Shown: piece after piece, positions 50,402 to 58,919 of the stretch | Position numbering within the stretch: the first letter of the stretch is position 1 | How the letters are laid out: every line of letters starts with the position of its first letter | From: Dehalococcoidia bacterium | Lineage (GTDB): Bacteria; Chloroflexota; Dehalococcoidia; SZUA-161; SpSt-899 | Reading direction: 5' to 3' | Assembly (NCBI GenBank): GCA_023271515.1 | Contig: JALPXQ010000001.1 | Location: 1 to 59,871 of the forward strand | Length of the DNA: 59,871 nucleotides | Position numbers and translations under genes: made by a program | Notes under the pieces: generated by a model | What the model was told of the DNA's origin: nothing | The model's database searches: none | The model's input: only the letters and a program-made list of their open reading frames with translations

Positions 50402-51508
50402 ATGGCAGTCCGCGCAAACTTGATCCAGATCGAGCCGGGGGAAGCAGAGAGGCTCAAGCTCCTCATCCCCTATGATGCCACATGGGTAGCAAAGGTCAAG
50501 GCCATCCCTGGTCGCCGCTGGCACCCGAAGGAAAAGTGCTGGAGTGTTCCCCGCTCAGAGAACATGGTCGAAAGGCTCGTCTCACTCTTTGGCGAGGAGC
50601 AGGTGAAGGTTGAGCCGTCTCTGCGTCCCTTGAAGGACTCACTCATCTGCCAAGGAGAAGATCCGCAGCTAGTGCAACTGCTTGAAGCGATGGATCAAGA
50701 ATTGAGGCTGCATGGCTACGCGGCGAAGACACGCAAAGCTTACCTGGGGCATGTGGATCGTTTTGCTCGCTTCTATGGAAACGACCCGCAAGGTTTAAGC
50801 AAGGTAACGATGCGTGCATACCTGCTCCATCTGCTTCAGAAGTAGCAAGCATCCCACACGTATGTCAACCAATGTATCAGCGCACTGAAGTTCCTGTACG
50901 AGAAGGCCCTGAAAGAACCCTCCCCAATGGTCAACCTTCCCCGGCCAAAGAGGGAGCGCAAGTTGCCGGATATCCTGAGCCGGCAAGAGGTTCTTCGGCT
51001 CTTGGAGGCAGTACAGAACCCCAAACACCGTGCCATTATGCTGTTGACTTATTCGTCAGGACTCCGTCTGGGCGAAGTGGTACGATTGAAGATAGAGGAC
51101 ATTGACAGCGCGCGACGGCTGATTCACCTCCGACAAGCTAAAGGGCGAAAGGATCGCTACACCGTACTGTCCCAGGTGGCTTTGGATGCCTTGCGAGCCT
51201 ATTTCAAGCAGTATCACCCTGATCAGTGGCTCTTCCCCGGGGCGCAACCGGGGCGGCACTTACACGAACGCACCGTGCAGAAAGTCTTTGAGCAGGCCCG
51301 AGAAATGGCGGGAATTCGTAAGAATGTGTCTGTGCATACACTGCGCCATTCGTTTGCGACCCATTTGCTGGAGTCAGGCACAGACTTGAGATACATTCAA
51401 GAGCTGCTCGGACACAAGAGTTCCAAGACTACTGAGATTTACACGCACGTTAGTGAGCGAGACATTGGACGGATCCAGAGCCCGCTGGACACTCTTGGAA
51501 TTCAATAA
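50402..51508 (+). pseudogene. tyrosine site-specific recombinase with an in-frame TAG
   Basis: The two ORFs (…50845 and 50927…) share one frame, separated only by TAG at 50843-50845. Catalytic region HTLRHSFATHLLE...LLGHKSSKTTEIYTHV. C-terminal SPLDTL. Confidence 0.85.
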
Positions 51509-51622
51509 AATGGGAATATTGACGAGGGACGCTGACGGCTAAAGGAAGGGATTCGCGAAATGGTTCGTCTAACATGCCAAAACCGACGTATCTGCGAACC
51601 TTGGGGTGCGTGAATGCATGAG
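51509..51622 (+). other. attI-like region between the recombinase and the first cassette
   Basis: GC-rich spacer ending in G51622 of GTTGTCCGA. Does not resemble the attC-like cores. Confidence 0.4.
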
Positions 51623-51672
51623 TTGTCCGAAATTGCGGGCGACGGGCTAATGGAAATCAGAGGTGATAAATT

Positions 51673-52023
51673 ATGGATGATAAGGAGACATTTGGGGAAA
51701 TCAAAAAATTGATACAAGAATTTAACATGATACGGAATTGGGACAAATATCACCACCCTAAAGATTTGATTTTGGCGATAATGGAAGAGCTTGGAGAATT
51801 ATCTCGTATTTTTAAACGGGTTAACACTAAGAATGAGGTAAAATATCTTAAAAAAGAGAAGGTTGGAGAGGAAATTGCGGATATTTTTATTTACTTATTT
51901 ATATTATGCTATAAAGCAGATATAGATATTTCTAATGCAATAATGGAAAAGCTTCAAAAAAATAATGAAAAATATCCTGTCGATAAACGATTCAGAAAAG
52001 GAGGGTACAAAAATGGAAAATAA
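51673..52023 (+). CDS. MazG-like all-alpha nucleoside triphosphate pyrophosphohydrolase
   Basis: 116 aa. Metal-binding motifs EELGEL and EEIADI, and C-terminal NNEKYP. Confidence 0.75.
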   Translation: MDDKETFGEIKKLIQEFNMIRNWDKYHHPKDLILAIMEELGELSRIFKRVNTKNEVKYLKKEKVGEEIADIFIYLFILCYKADIDISNAIMEKLQKNNEKYPVDKRFRKGGYKNGK

Positions 52024-53311
52024 AGAGAATTTGAAAAGACGTGTTCTTTTATATATATCTAGAGGTGCAAACACTTTGGATAAATTACTCCAAGTTTGCA
52101 ACGGTATTTATCCAAACGAATTAAAATTTTTGTTAAATGAACTAAAAGATAAAAACTTAGTGAAGGAAGAAAATGACTTTTTTGTTGTTGATAAAAATTG
52201 TATCGAATATTTAAAAATAGTAGATGTAAATCGCTTAGAAATGAATAAAATAAATGAAAAATTTTTAAAAATGTATCATGAACTACCTATCCCTCACCCA
52301 CTAGATTATGAGTGGAGATGGAACTTAGATAATTTAAAAAAACTATTTACAGCTATAATAAACAAACATCCTTTTAACAACTTAAAAATTGGTTTTCTTG
52401 GAGCTCCAATTGCAGCTATTTATTTTTCTATTGTTAAAAATTTTGAAAACTTGAATTTCCAATTGACATTAATTGATAGGAATGAAGAAATAATCAGATA
52501 TATTAGAAATAATAGCATTCTAAATAACCAAATTAAAACAATATGCCACGACTTACAATATGAATTCAAAAATGGATTAGGAAAAAATGATATAATAATT
52601 ATGGATCCTCCTTGGTACGTAGCCTTTCACAAAATTTTTATCTCTAGAGCATCATCAATTTTGCAGCCCGAAACAGGTTTTGTTTATTCATCTTTATTTC
52701 CAACAAATACAAGACCAAATGCTATTTATGAAAGAATGGAAATATTAGAAATTTTTATTAAATCGGGGTTACATCTTGTATCTTTAACTCCTTCATTCTT
52801 TAAATATGAAACTCCACATTTTGAGTCAAAATCCCTCGAAGCAAGCGGTATTAGATTGGAATCTCATTGGCGGTATGGAGACCTTATAATTCTTCAATCA
52901 ACTAAGCTTTTAAGACCTATAATTTTTGGAGATTTTATTGTCGAAAATTTTGTTTGGAAAACTGTTAGATTTGATAAAAAACTAATTAAAATTAAGATCT
53001 CACCTTTTGAAGAACAATACATACGTCCCCGGATAATTCAAATATTAGATAAATCTAGCATTTTAGAGAGCGTTAGTAGAAGACATCCATACAGGCCTTA
53101 TGTAGATATGTGGACATCAGATAATGAAATATTTCATCTTACAGGAAGAAATATCATATACTTTGTTTTGAATTTGTACTCTTCAGGAGAAAATATTCAA
53201 CAGATTGTAGAAAAGATAAGTAAGAAATATGGAGTGCAAAGGAAAAAAATTGATGAAGATATAAAAGAAATTGTTAATTTTGTAGAAACTAATATAGTAA
53301 GGAGGGAATAA
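52013..53311 (+). CDS. wHTH / class-I SAM-dependent transferase-like (DPPW) protein with a PqqD-like C-terminal domain
   Basis: IIIMDPPWY motif IV, Rossmann-like FLGAPIAA...LIDRN, and C-terminal HLTGRNIIYFVLNLYSSGENIQQIVEKISKKYGV resembling PqqD/RRE. Start at ATG 52013 after AGGAGGG. Confidence 0.6.
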   Translation: MENKENLKRRVLLYISRGANTLDKLLQVCNGIYPNELKFLLNELKDKNLVKEENDFFVVDKNCIEYLKIVDVNRLEMNKINEKFLKMYHELPIPHPLDYEWRWNLDNLKKLFTAIINKHPFNNLKIGFLGAPIAAIYFSIVKNFENLNFQLTLIDRNEEIIRYIRNNSILNNQIKTICHDLQYEFKNGLGKNDIIIMDPPWYVAFHKIFISRASSILQPETGFVYSSLFPTNTRPNAIYERMEILEIFIKSGLHLVSLTPSFFKYETPHFESKSLEASGIRLESHWRYGDLIILQSTKLLRPIIFGDFIVENFVWKTVRFDKKLIKIKISPFEEQYIRPRIIQILDKSSILESVSRRHPYRPYVDMWTSDNEIFHLTGRNIIYFVLNLYSSGENIQQIVEKISKKYGVQRKKIDEDIKEIVNFVETNIVRRE

Positions 53312-53312
53312 A

Positions 53313-54548
53313 ATGAATATATTTAACTTGGCAGACTTAGGATATAAGATTATCGTAATAGATGAAAAAGCTATAAATTTATTTCTAAACAAAGTTTCAT
53401 TAGAAGAAATCAAAGATTTTATTCGTCACAAAGGGAAAGTTTATGTTTTGGGTAAAGATGCTGGAGAAATAAAAAAATATGTTGAAAAGTCTGGAGGAGA
53501 AATTATTGATATTTCTAAAAAAGAAGTATTGGCAGAGGTTACAACTATTGTAAGGACTAAAAACCATAAATTTTTAGATTGGGCTAAAACATTTGGGATA
53601 GATTCAAAATTGGTTAAATCTCAGGTATTATATGTTAAATATACCGATGCATCTGTTATAACAGATTTACCAGCCTTCTTTAATATGCCTTATGTTAAAT
53701 ATGTAAGAAAAAAAGACTGCTACTTAAGATTAATAGCTCATGGTATGGAAAACTGCCCTCACAATTGTGTATATTGCTATGCTAATTATGCTTATGATGT
53801 CCCAACAACAGTTTTAATCAATTTTAAAAATAAAATAAAAGAGGATATTCAAAAACCAAATATAAAGGAACATATTCAACGAGGTTATCCAATTAACATA
53901 GGTTCAATTACAGACCCTTTTAGTAAGGTAGCTGTTTATTTTGGTTTGGTTGAAGACTTTTTATCCTCTGTTGGTGACATTAGAACTTTAATAGTAACTA
54001 AGTCTACTCTTTTTACAAATGATTATTTTGTCGATTTATTAAAAAAATTTAGGAATGTAAAATTAACCTTCACATTTACAGGACTTCACCAATACGAAGC
54101 AGGTGTCCCACGCAGAGGCTATAATTTTCCATCAGAAGAAATATCAAAAGCTATATCCTCTGGAATTGATATTAATGTTTTTTATAGGCCAATAATAGAA
54201 GGTATTAATGATGATTTAAGCGATATGAGAGTTATATTTTCACAAATGAAAGAAGCAGGATTAACAAATGTATGTTTTGGTTTTTTAAGAAATAACATGC
54301 GAATGGAGGAGTCTCTATCTAAGAGATTTTCCTCTTTGTTCTTAGATTTGACTAAAGGATTGACTGACAAATACATGGATGATTTTTATCCTCTTTTAAA
54401 CTATCGCATTAGGAAATCATTAGAGATTCATAATATTCTTTACCATCTAGATATGAATATCTCTGCCTGTCAACCCTATATTGGAAAATTAAGAGATTTA
54501 GTAGAAACAACTTATTGCTCTTGTAGAAAAGAGAGGTGGGAAAAATGA
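53313..54548 (+). CDS. radical SAM enzyme, spore-photoproduct-lyase / COG1533-like
   Basis: CPHNCVYCYA cluster motif (CX3CX2C followed by YA, as in DNA-photolyase-type radical SAM proteins). An N-terminal domain of about 130 aa has unknown function. Confidence 0.65.
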   Translation: MNIFNLADLGYKIIVIDEKAINLFLNKVSLEEIKDFIRHKGKVYVLGKDAGEIKKYVEKSGGEIIDISKKEVLAEVTTIVRTKNHKFLDWAKTFGIDSKLVKSQVLYVKYTDASVITDLPAFFNMPYVKYVRKKDCYLRLIAHGMENCPHNCVYCYANYAYDVPTTVLINFKNKIKEDIQKPNIKEHIQRGYPINIGSITDPFSKVAVYFGLVEDFLSSVGDIRTLIVTKSTLFTNDYFVDLLKKFRNVKLTFTFTGLHQYEAGVPRRGYNFPSEEISKAISSGIDINVFYRPIIEGINDDLSDMRVIFSQMKEAGLTNVCFGFLRNNMRMEESLSKRFSSLFLDLTKGLTDKYMDDFYPLLNYRIRKSLEIHNILYHLDMNISACQPYIGKLRDLVETTYCSCRKERWEK

Positions 54549-55549
54549 AGATACATTTAGCAATTTTATATAAAGATTATTTAGATTTGATTTTGGAAGG
54601 TAAAAAAACGATTGAGGCTCGTTTTTCAAAGGTTAAATGTCCACCTTATGGTAGAGTTTCTATTGGAGATAAAATTCTATTAAAGGAAACAGGAGGTCCT
54701 ATTAGGGGAGAGGCTACAGTCAGTGTTGTAAAGTATTTTGATAACCTTGCTCCATCTAGGGTTGTCCATATTGTTAATAAATACAAAGAACAATTACAAA
54801 TTAAAGACAATTTTCTTAACCAAAAGTTGGATAGTAATTATTTAACTCTTATATTTCTCAAAGACGTCGTCGAAGTTTCACCTTATTTTATTAATAAGAG
54901 AGATAGAAGAGGCTGGATTGTATATTACAATCACGCTCCTCAATCAATACAATTGGACTTATTTGGAAATAAAGTCAGTGATAAGGAAGTGAAAATAAAC
55001 CCATATTACAGTGAATGCGAAAATGGATTGCATTCTTTCTTTAAATCTCCTTTAAAAAATAGTGAAGGATACCCACGTTGTAGAAATTGTGGTAAAGACA
55101 TAATTCACTGGAAGAAACTACATATAAGAGATTTAAAAAATATAGATTTTGTTATTTCAGAGTTAAGGAAAGAATGGTGGAGAAACTACTGGTGGGAGGT
55201 TGAAATCGATGAAAAAGCTATATCCCACGCACTTAGGAAGAACTCTAATGAACTATACGTTCTTGTAAGAAAAAGAATCGAAAAGTCTGTTGGGATTGTC
55301 TATGAGTTTAGAGGCAGAAAACAACCCTATCGTGATGGTTATCAGATACCCTACAAAGGCAATATTATTTATTATGCTCAACATGCTACAGCTACATGTT
55401 GCAGAAAATGTATTGAGTGTTGGCATGGCATACCTCAAGGCAGAAACCTCAACAATGAAGAAATAGAATATCTTACTATGTTAGTAATGAAATATATAAG
55501 AAGGAAATTAAGGGATTACAAGAGGGGGGTGATAAGAAATGGTAAGTGA
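54545..55549 (+). CDS. ASCH-domain / zinc-ribbon / DUF4186-like fusion protein
   Basis: N-terminal ILEGKKTIEARF...GDKILLKE (ASCH/PUA-like). CRNCG zinc-ribbon. C-terminal YYAQHATATCCRKCIECWHGIPQGR (DUF4186 signature, from memory). ATGA overlap with the upstream stop. Confidence 0.6.
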   Translation: MKIHLAILYKDYLDLILEGKKTIEARFSKVKCPPYGRVSIGDKILLKETGGPIRGEATVSVVKYFDNLAPSRVVHIVNKYKEQLQIKDNFLNQKLDSNYLTLIFLKDVVEVSPYFINKRDRRGWIVYYNHAPQSIQLDLFGNKVSDKEVKINPYYSECENGLHSFFKSPLKNSEGYPRCRNCGKDIIHWKKLHIRDLKNIDFVISELRKEWWRNYWWEVEIDEKAISHALRKNSNELYVLVRKRIEKSVGIVYEFRGRKQPYRDGYQIPYKGNIIYYAQHATATCCRKCIECWHGIPQGRNLNNEEIEYLTMLVMKYIRRKLRDYKRGVIRNGK

Positions 55550-56510
55550 TGATGAATTTGTAAGAGTAAGAGATGAAATTCTTAAACTCATCGTTGAAGG
55601 AAATAAAAAGTTACTATTCTGGGGTTTCACTCCATTTTGTATTAATCTTATTTCAAATCTTGTGAATATGGGTTTGGATAATTGTATAGTTGGAATAATT
55701 GACCATAAAAACAATAAACAAGGATGTAAAGTATACAATTATGTAGTATTACCCCCTTCAGAAATAAAAAAATTAGATATTGACACTTTAGTTATATGTT
55801 ATGATGAAGAAAAGGAAGATGTCTTAGAATTATTTTACAATTTATATTCAAAAAATAGAAAAGTTGAAATTATACTTTATGGAAATAAGAATTACGAATT
55901 TTCGGATAGTCTTTTTCAGGAAATAATTGATTCACTTCCTGTTAAGTCCAAGGCTGGTGGATATCCTTTTATGCTCATTCACATATACCAATCATTAATT
56001 CATGTTATCAAAAATAACATACCTGGTGATGTCGTAGAGATTGGTACATTCCAAGGTGGTACCACCGTATTCATGGCTAAAGTAATAAAAGCGTTAGGAA
56101 GCGATAAAAAAATTTTTTCTTTCGATACATTTTCAGGATATCCGGAGAGCAAAAACCCTTTAGACTTATTTAAAGATAAAAAGTGTGAGTTTAGTGATTA
56201 TGATTTCGTCAAAAACTATTGCAAACCGTATAAAATAGAACTTATTAGAGGAAATATAGTAGAAACCATTAATACGTTGAAAGGGGAAAAAATCTCTTTT
56301 TCTTTTTTTGATACCGACAATTATACACCTACTAAAATAGCTTTAAAATACATTTTCGATCTTACACCTAAGGGAGGAATCTTTGCTTTTGATCATTATT
56401 ACTCAAAAGATTGGATAAAAACTATAGGAGAAAGGATAGCCATTAAGAAGTTCTTTAAAGATAAAAATGTTTTTAACTTACAAGGAACTGGAATATTTAT
56501 CAAATTATGA
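55539..56510 (+). CDS. TylF/MycF-like SAM-dependent methyltransferase with an N-terminal Rossmann-like domain
   Basis: GDVVEIGTFQGGTT SAM motif, FDTFSGYPE, FFDTDNY. Confidence 0.65.
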   Translation: MVSDDEFVRVRDEILKLIVEGNKKLLFWGFTPFCINLISNLVNMGLDNCIVGIIDHKNNKQGCKVYNYVVLPPSEIKKLDIDTLVICYDEEKEDVLELFYNLYSKNRKVEIILYGNKNYEFSDSLFQEIIDSLPVKSKAGGYPFMLIHIYQSLIHVIKNNIPGDVVEIGTFQGGTTVFMAKVIKALGSDKKIFSFDTFSGYPESKNPLDLFKDKKCEFSDYDFVKNYCKPYKIELIRGNIVETINTLKGEKISFSFFDTDNYTPTKIALKYIFDLTPKGGIFAFDHYYSKDWIKTIGERIAIKKFFKDKNVFNLQGTGIFIKL

Positions 56511-56519
56511 GGTGTAACT

Positions 56520-57071
56520 ATGGAAAGGATTGTAATTGGTGTATCTGGTCCTATTGGGGCCGGAAAAACATGCCTTTGTAATATACTAGTGGCAAAATAT
56601 GGATTTAAATATTTAAGTTTTGGAAAATTGATTTCTGACATATTAAAAGAAGAGGGTGTTGAGATTACAAGAGAAAATTTACAAAATATGGGTGAAAAAA
56701 TAATAAAAGAGAAGGGTTGCAAGGGTGTTGTCGACTTGCTTTTTAAAAAGTATCAAGTGGGTGAGGTATCAAATTATACTATTGATGGTATAAGACATAT
56801 GAAAGTTTATTTGTATCTAAAAGAAATTTTTAAAAGCTCTTTTAAACTTGTATATGTCGATGCCCCACTAACTGTTAGATTTGAAAGGGTCAAAATGAGG
56901 GTTAAAGATATTAATATAAACTCACTGACTGATTTAAAAGAACTTGAATGTAAAGAGATCGAGAGAAATATTCCGTATTTAAAGAAATATGCAGATTTTA
57001 TAATAATGAATGATAAGGATGATACCCATTTAGAAAATAAACTAAAAAACCTATTAAATCAAATAATTTAA
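56520..57071 (+). CDS. P-loop nucleotide/nucleoside kinase-like protein
   Basis: GVSGPIGAGKT Walker A. Size and layout resemble dephospho-CoA kinase or dNMP kinase. Confidence 0.65.
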   Translation: MERIVIGVSGPIGAGKTCLCNILVAKYGFKYLSFGKLISDILKEEGVEITRENLQNMGEKIIKEKGCKGVVDLLFKKYQVGEVSNYTIDGIRHMKVYLYLKEIFKSSFKLVYVDAPLTVRFERVKMRVKDININSLTDLKELECKEIERNIPYLKKYADFIIMNDKDDTHLENKLKNLLNQII

Positions 57072-57076
57072 AATGT

Positions 57077-57209
57077 GCCCGTCGCCCGCAACTCTCCGCT
57101 TCGCTTCGGTGCTATCGCACTCGGACAACAGCAGGTATGCGGTTCGCTTACGCTCACCCAAATGCTCGGCTTCACCTCGCACTTCGCATACCCGCCGCCC
57201 GTTAGTTGC
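57077..57209 (+). other. attC-like site 1
   Basis: Box' GCCCGTCGCCCGCAA, 29-nt bulge, R'' TCGGACAAC, L'' GGTATGCG (57134-57141), 43-nt core, L' CGCATACC (57185-57192), R' GTTAGTTGC (57201-57209). Confidence 0.6.
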
Positions 57210-57279
57210 AATTGGCGTCGGGTCGAAATTCAGGAAAGGAATAAAAATACATAATTAATAAATTAGGAGAGGCGATAAA

Positions 57280-57510
57280 ATGAGAAATATGAAAGAGCAG
57301 ATAGAAAGATTTGTGGATGATACAATAAAGAAAAATGATATCGTACTCTTGGATATTTTATGGACCTTCTACTGGTGTATTACCACCACACCTAAATCAG
57401 GGTATTATGAAAATAATAAATTAAATGTAAGTAACATTTTCAAAAAATGGTTCTATAGAGTCTCTATTAGAAATTTACAAAAAAGTTTAATTTACGTCAG
57501 ACAGAAATAA
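57280..57510 (+). CDS. hypothetical protein
   Basis: 76-aa ORF after GGAGAGG. I recognise no family. Confidence 0.4.
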   Translation: MRNMKEQIERFVDDTIKKNDIVLLDILWTFYWCITTTPKSGYYENNKLNVSNIFKKWFYRVSIRNLQKSLIYVRQK

Positions 57511-57542
57511 AGAACAAAATAATAAAAGTATTAATAGATTGG

Positions 57543-57887
57543 ATGAACACCGCACCGGATTTTCTACCTTACGAAACTTATGATGAAGATAGAGAATTAT
57601 TAAGAAAACTCTTACTCAAGAAAAGTTCAGATCTTTTAATTAAAAACATTAGAAATAAAATGGATACTCTATCCGACTTGGATAAAAAAATTCTGTCATT
57701 TATATTATACTACATTCCACTTAAAATTCAGGAGTCTATAAAGGAAGCGGAAGAAGAAAGGCAAAAAGGAGGCTTTGACTGGGGCAAATATGGTTATCTC
57801 CCCGATTTTCATATAAAAACAGATAAAGAAACTGGTGAAATTGTTTATTTTGAAATCGATCCAAAAGAATGGACATACATTTTTTAA
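57543..57887 (+). CDS. hypothetical protein (possibly the N-terminal part of the downstream nuclease gene)
   Basis: 114-aa ORF ending in a T6 run (57880-57885). A one-base change there fuses it to the next ORF. Confidence 0.4.
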   Translation: MNTAPDFLPYETYDEDRELLRKLLLKKSSDLLIKNIRNKMDTLSDLDKKILSFILYYIPLKIQESIKEAEEERQKGGFDWGKYGYLPDFHIKTDKETGEIVYFEIDPKEWTYIF

Positions 57888-58692
57888 TTTATTATTTGAT
57901 GAAGAGTTAAAAGAACAAAGGTTTAAAATTAAATTACATAGAAAGCGTACAGGATTTATATTTCTTCCACAAGAAGAATATAAGGAATATAGTTTCTGGC
58001 AATTTGGAGACGAATTGGTAAAAATGGGTATTGGGTATTGGAGCGTTTGGGTTTCAGAATCAAAAAATGTACATATAGAGTTCGTTATTCCGAACTTTAT
58101 TTATGAGGCCATACAAGATTATAAAACCAAATTACCAATAATCGAAAACTTTGAAGAAAAAATCAATGAAATTAAAAGGGAAAAAGAGACAAAAAGATTA
58201 GAAAAAGAATGGAATCTTGAAGACTTTGAAGAAACTGAGGCAGTTAGCGAAGTATTAGAATCTGAGATTGAAGCTTCCATAATATCAAATCCTGAAATTT
58301 TAGAAGAAGGATTAGAACTTGTTGGTAATCAGTATCCAACTTCTGTTGGTTACATCGATATACTTTGTAAAGATAAAAATGGGAATTTTGTTGTAATAGA
58401 ATTAAAGAGAGGTACAGGTTCATATAAAGTAGTTGGTCAAATTCAGAAGTACATGGCATGGGTCAGCGAAAATCTTGCTAAAGATAAACAAGTTCGGGGA
58501 ATTATTGTAGTGAAAGAGTATGACCAAGAGTTAGAGTACGCTGTTAAAGGATCAAAATTTCCAATTGAGATAAAAATATTCGGACAAGAACCACCAACTG
58601 GAGAAAATATAAAATATTGTACAAGATGTGGAAAACCAAATCCAAAATCGGCTAAATATTGTATCAAATGCGGACAAGAATTTTGGATGTGA
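57835..58692 (+). CDS. NucS/DUF91-like PD-(D/E)XK nuclease with a C-terminal double zinc-ribbon
   Basis: GYIDILCKDKNGNFVVIELKRG...QIQKY nuclease core. KYCTRCGKPNPKSAKYCIKCG. The true start is uncertain. Confidence 0.6.
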   Translation: MKLFILKSIQKNGHTFFNLLFDEELKEQRFKIKLHRKRTGFIFLPQEEYKEYSFWQFGDELVKMGIGYWSVWVSESKNVHIEFVIPNFIYEAIQDYKTKLPIIENFEEKINEIKREKETKRLEKEWNLEDFEETEAVSEVLESEIEASIISNPEILEEGLELVGNQYPTSVGYIDILCKDKNGNFVVIELKRGTGSYKVVGQIQKYMAWVSENLAKDKQVRGIIVVKEYDQELEYAVKGSKFPIEIKIFGQEPPTGENIKYCTRCGKPNPKSAKYCIKCGQEFWM

Positions 58693-58713
58693 TATAAATG
58701 GGATTTATTTTTA

Positions 58714-58847
58714 CGACCCGACGCCAACTTCTCGCCTCTTCGAGGCTCGACCCTTACGGGGCAACTAACAAGCGAATATACGGTTCGCTTCGCTCACCCA
58801 AATGCTCGGCTACGCCTCGCACTTCGCATATCCCCAAAACGTTATAT
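58714..58847 (+). other. attC-like site 2
   Basis: Box' CGACCCGACGCCAA, 33-nt bulge, R'' GCAACTAAC, L'' GAATATACG (58774-58782), core, L' CGCATATCC (58825-58833), R' GTTATAT (58841-58847). Confidence 0.6.
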
Positions 58848-58919
58848 GACATTCCGCCCCTTCGCCGTATCAGAAAATATAAAAATATATGGATTATTGT
58901 AAATTATGGAGGCTAAAAG

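Larger units (their letters stand above)
51623..57201 (+). mobile_element. cassette 1: six-gene AT-rich block plus attC-like site
   Basis: Starts TTGTCCGA after G51622. Its 3' site carries the complementary TCGGACAAC (57121-57129). A second perfect 15-bp inverted pair lies at 51633-51647 / 57077-57091. Confidence 0.6.
57202..58841 (+). mobile_element. cassette 2: three small genes including a NucS/DUF91-like nuclease, plus attC-like site
   Basis: Starts TTAGTTGC after G57201. The complementary GCAACTAAC lies at 58761-58769. A second perfect 14-bp inverted pair lies at 57212-57225 / 58714-58727. Confidence 0.6.

Noticed and set aside
50402-51508. Calling the recombinase a canonical integron integrase (intI).
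   Set aside because: The region between the beta-hairpin and HTLRHSFAT is too short to hold the IntI-specific domain as I remember it. I therefore describe it only as integron-like.
57073-57258. ORFs 57073-57258 and 58698-58916, which share the peptide LRSPKCSA(S/T)PRTSH.
   Set aside because: The shared peptide is just the translation of the conserved attC-like core. The ORFs have no ribosome-binding site, and their composition differs from the surrounding cassette genes.
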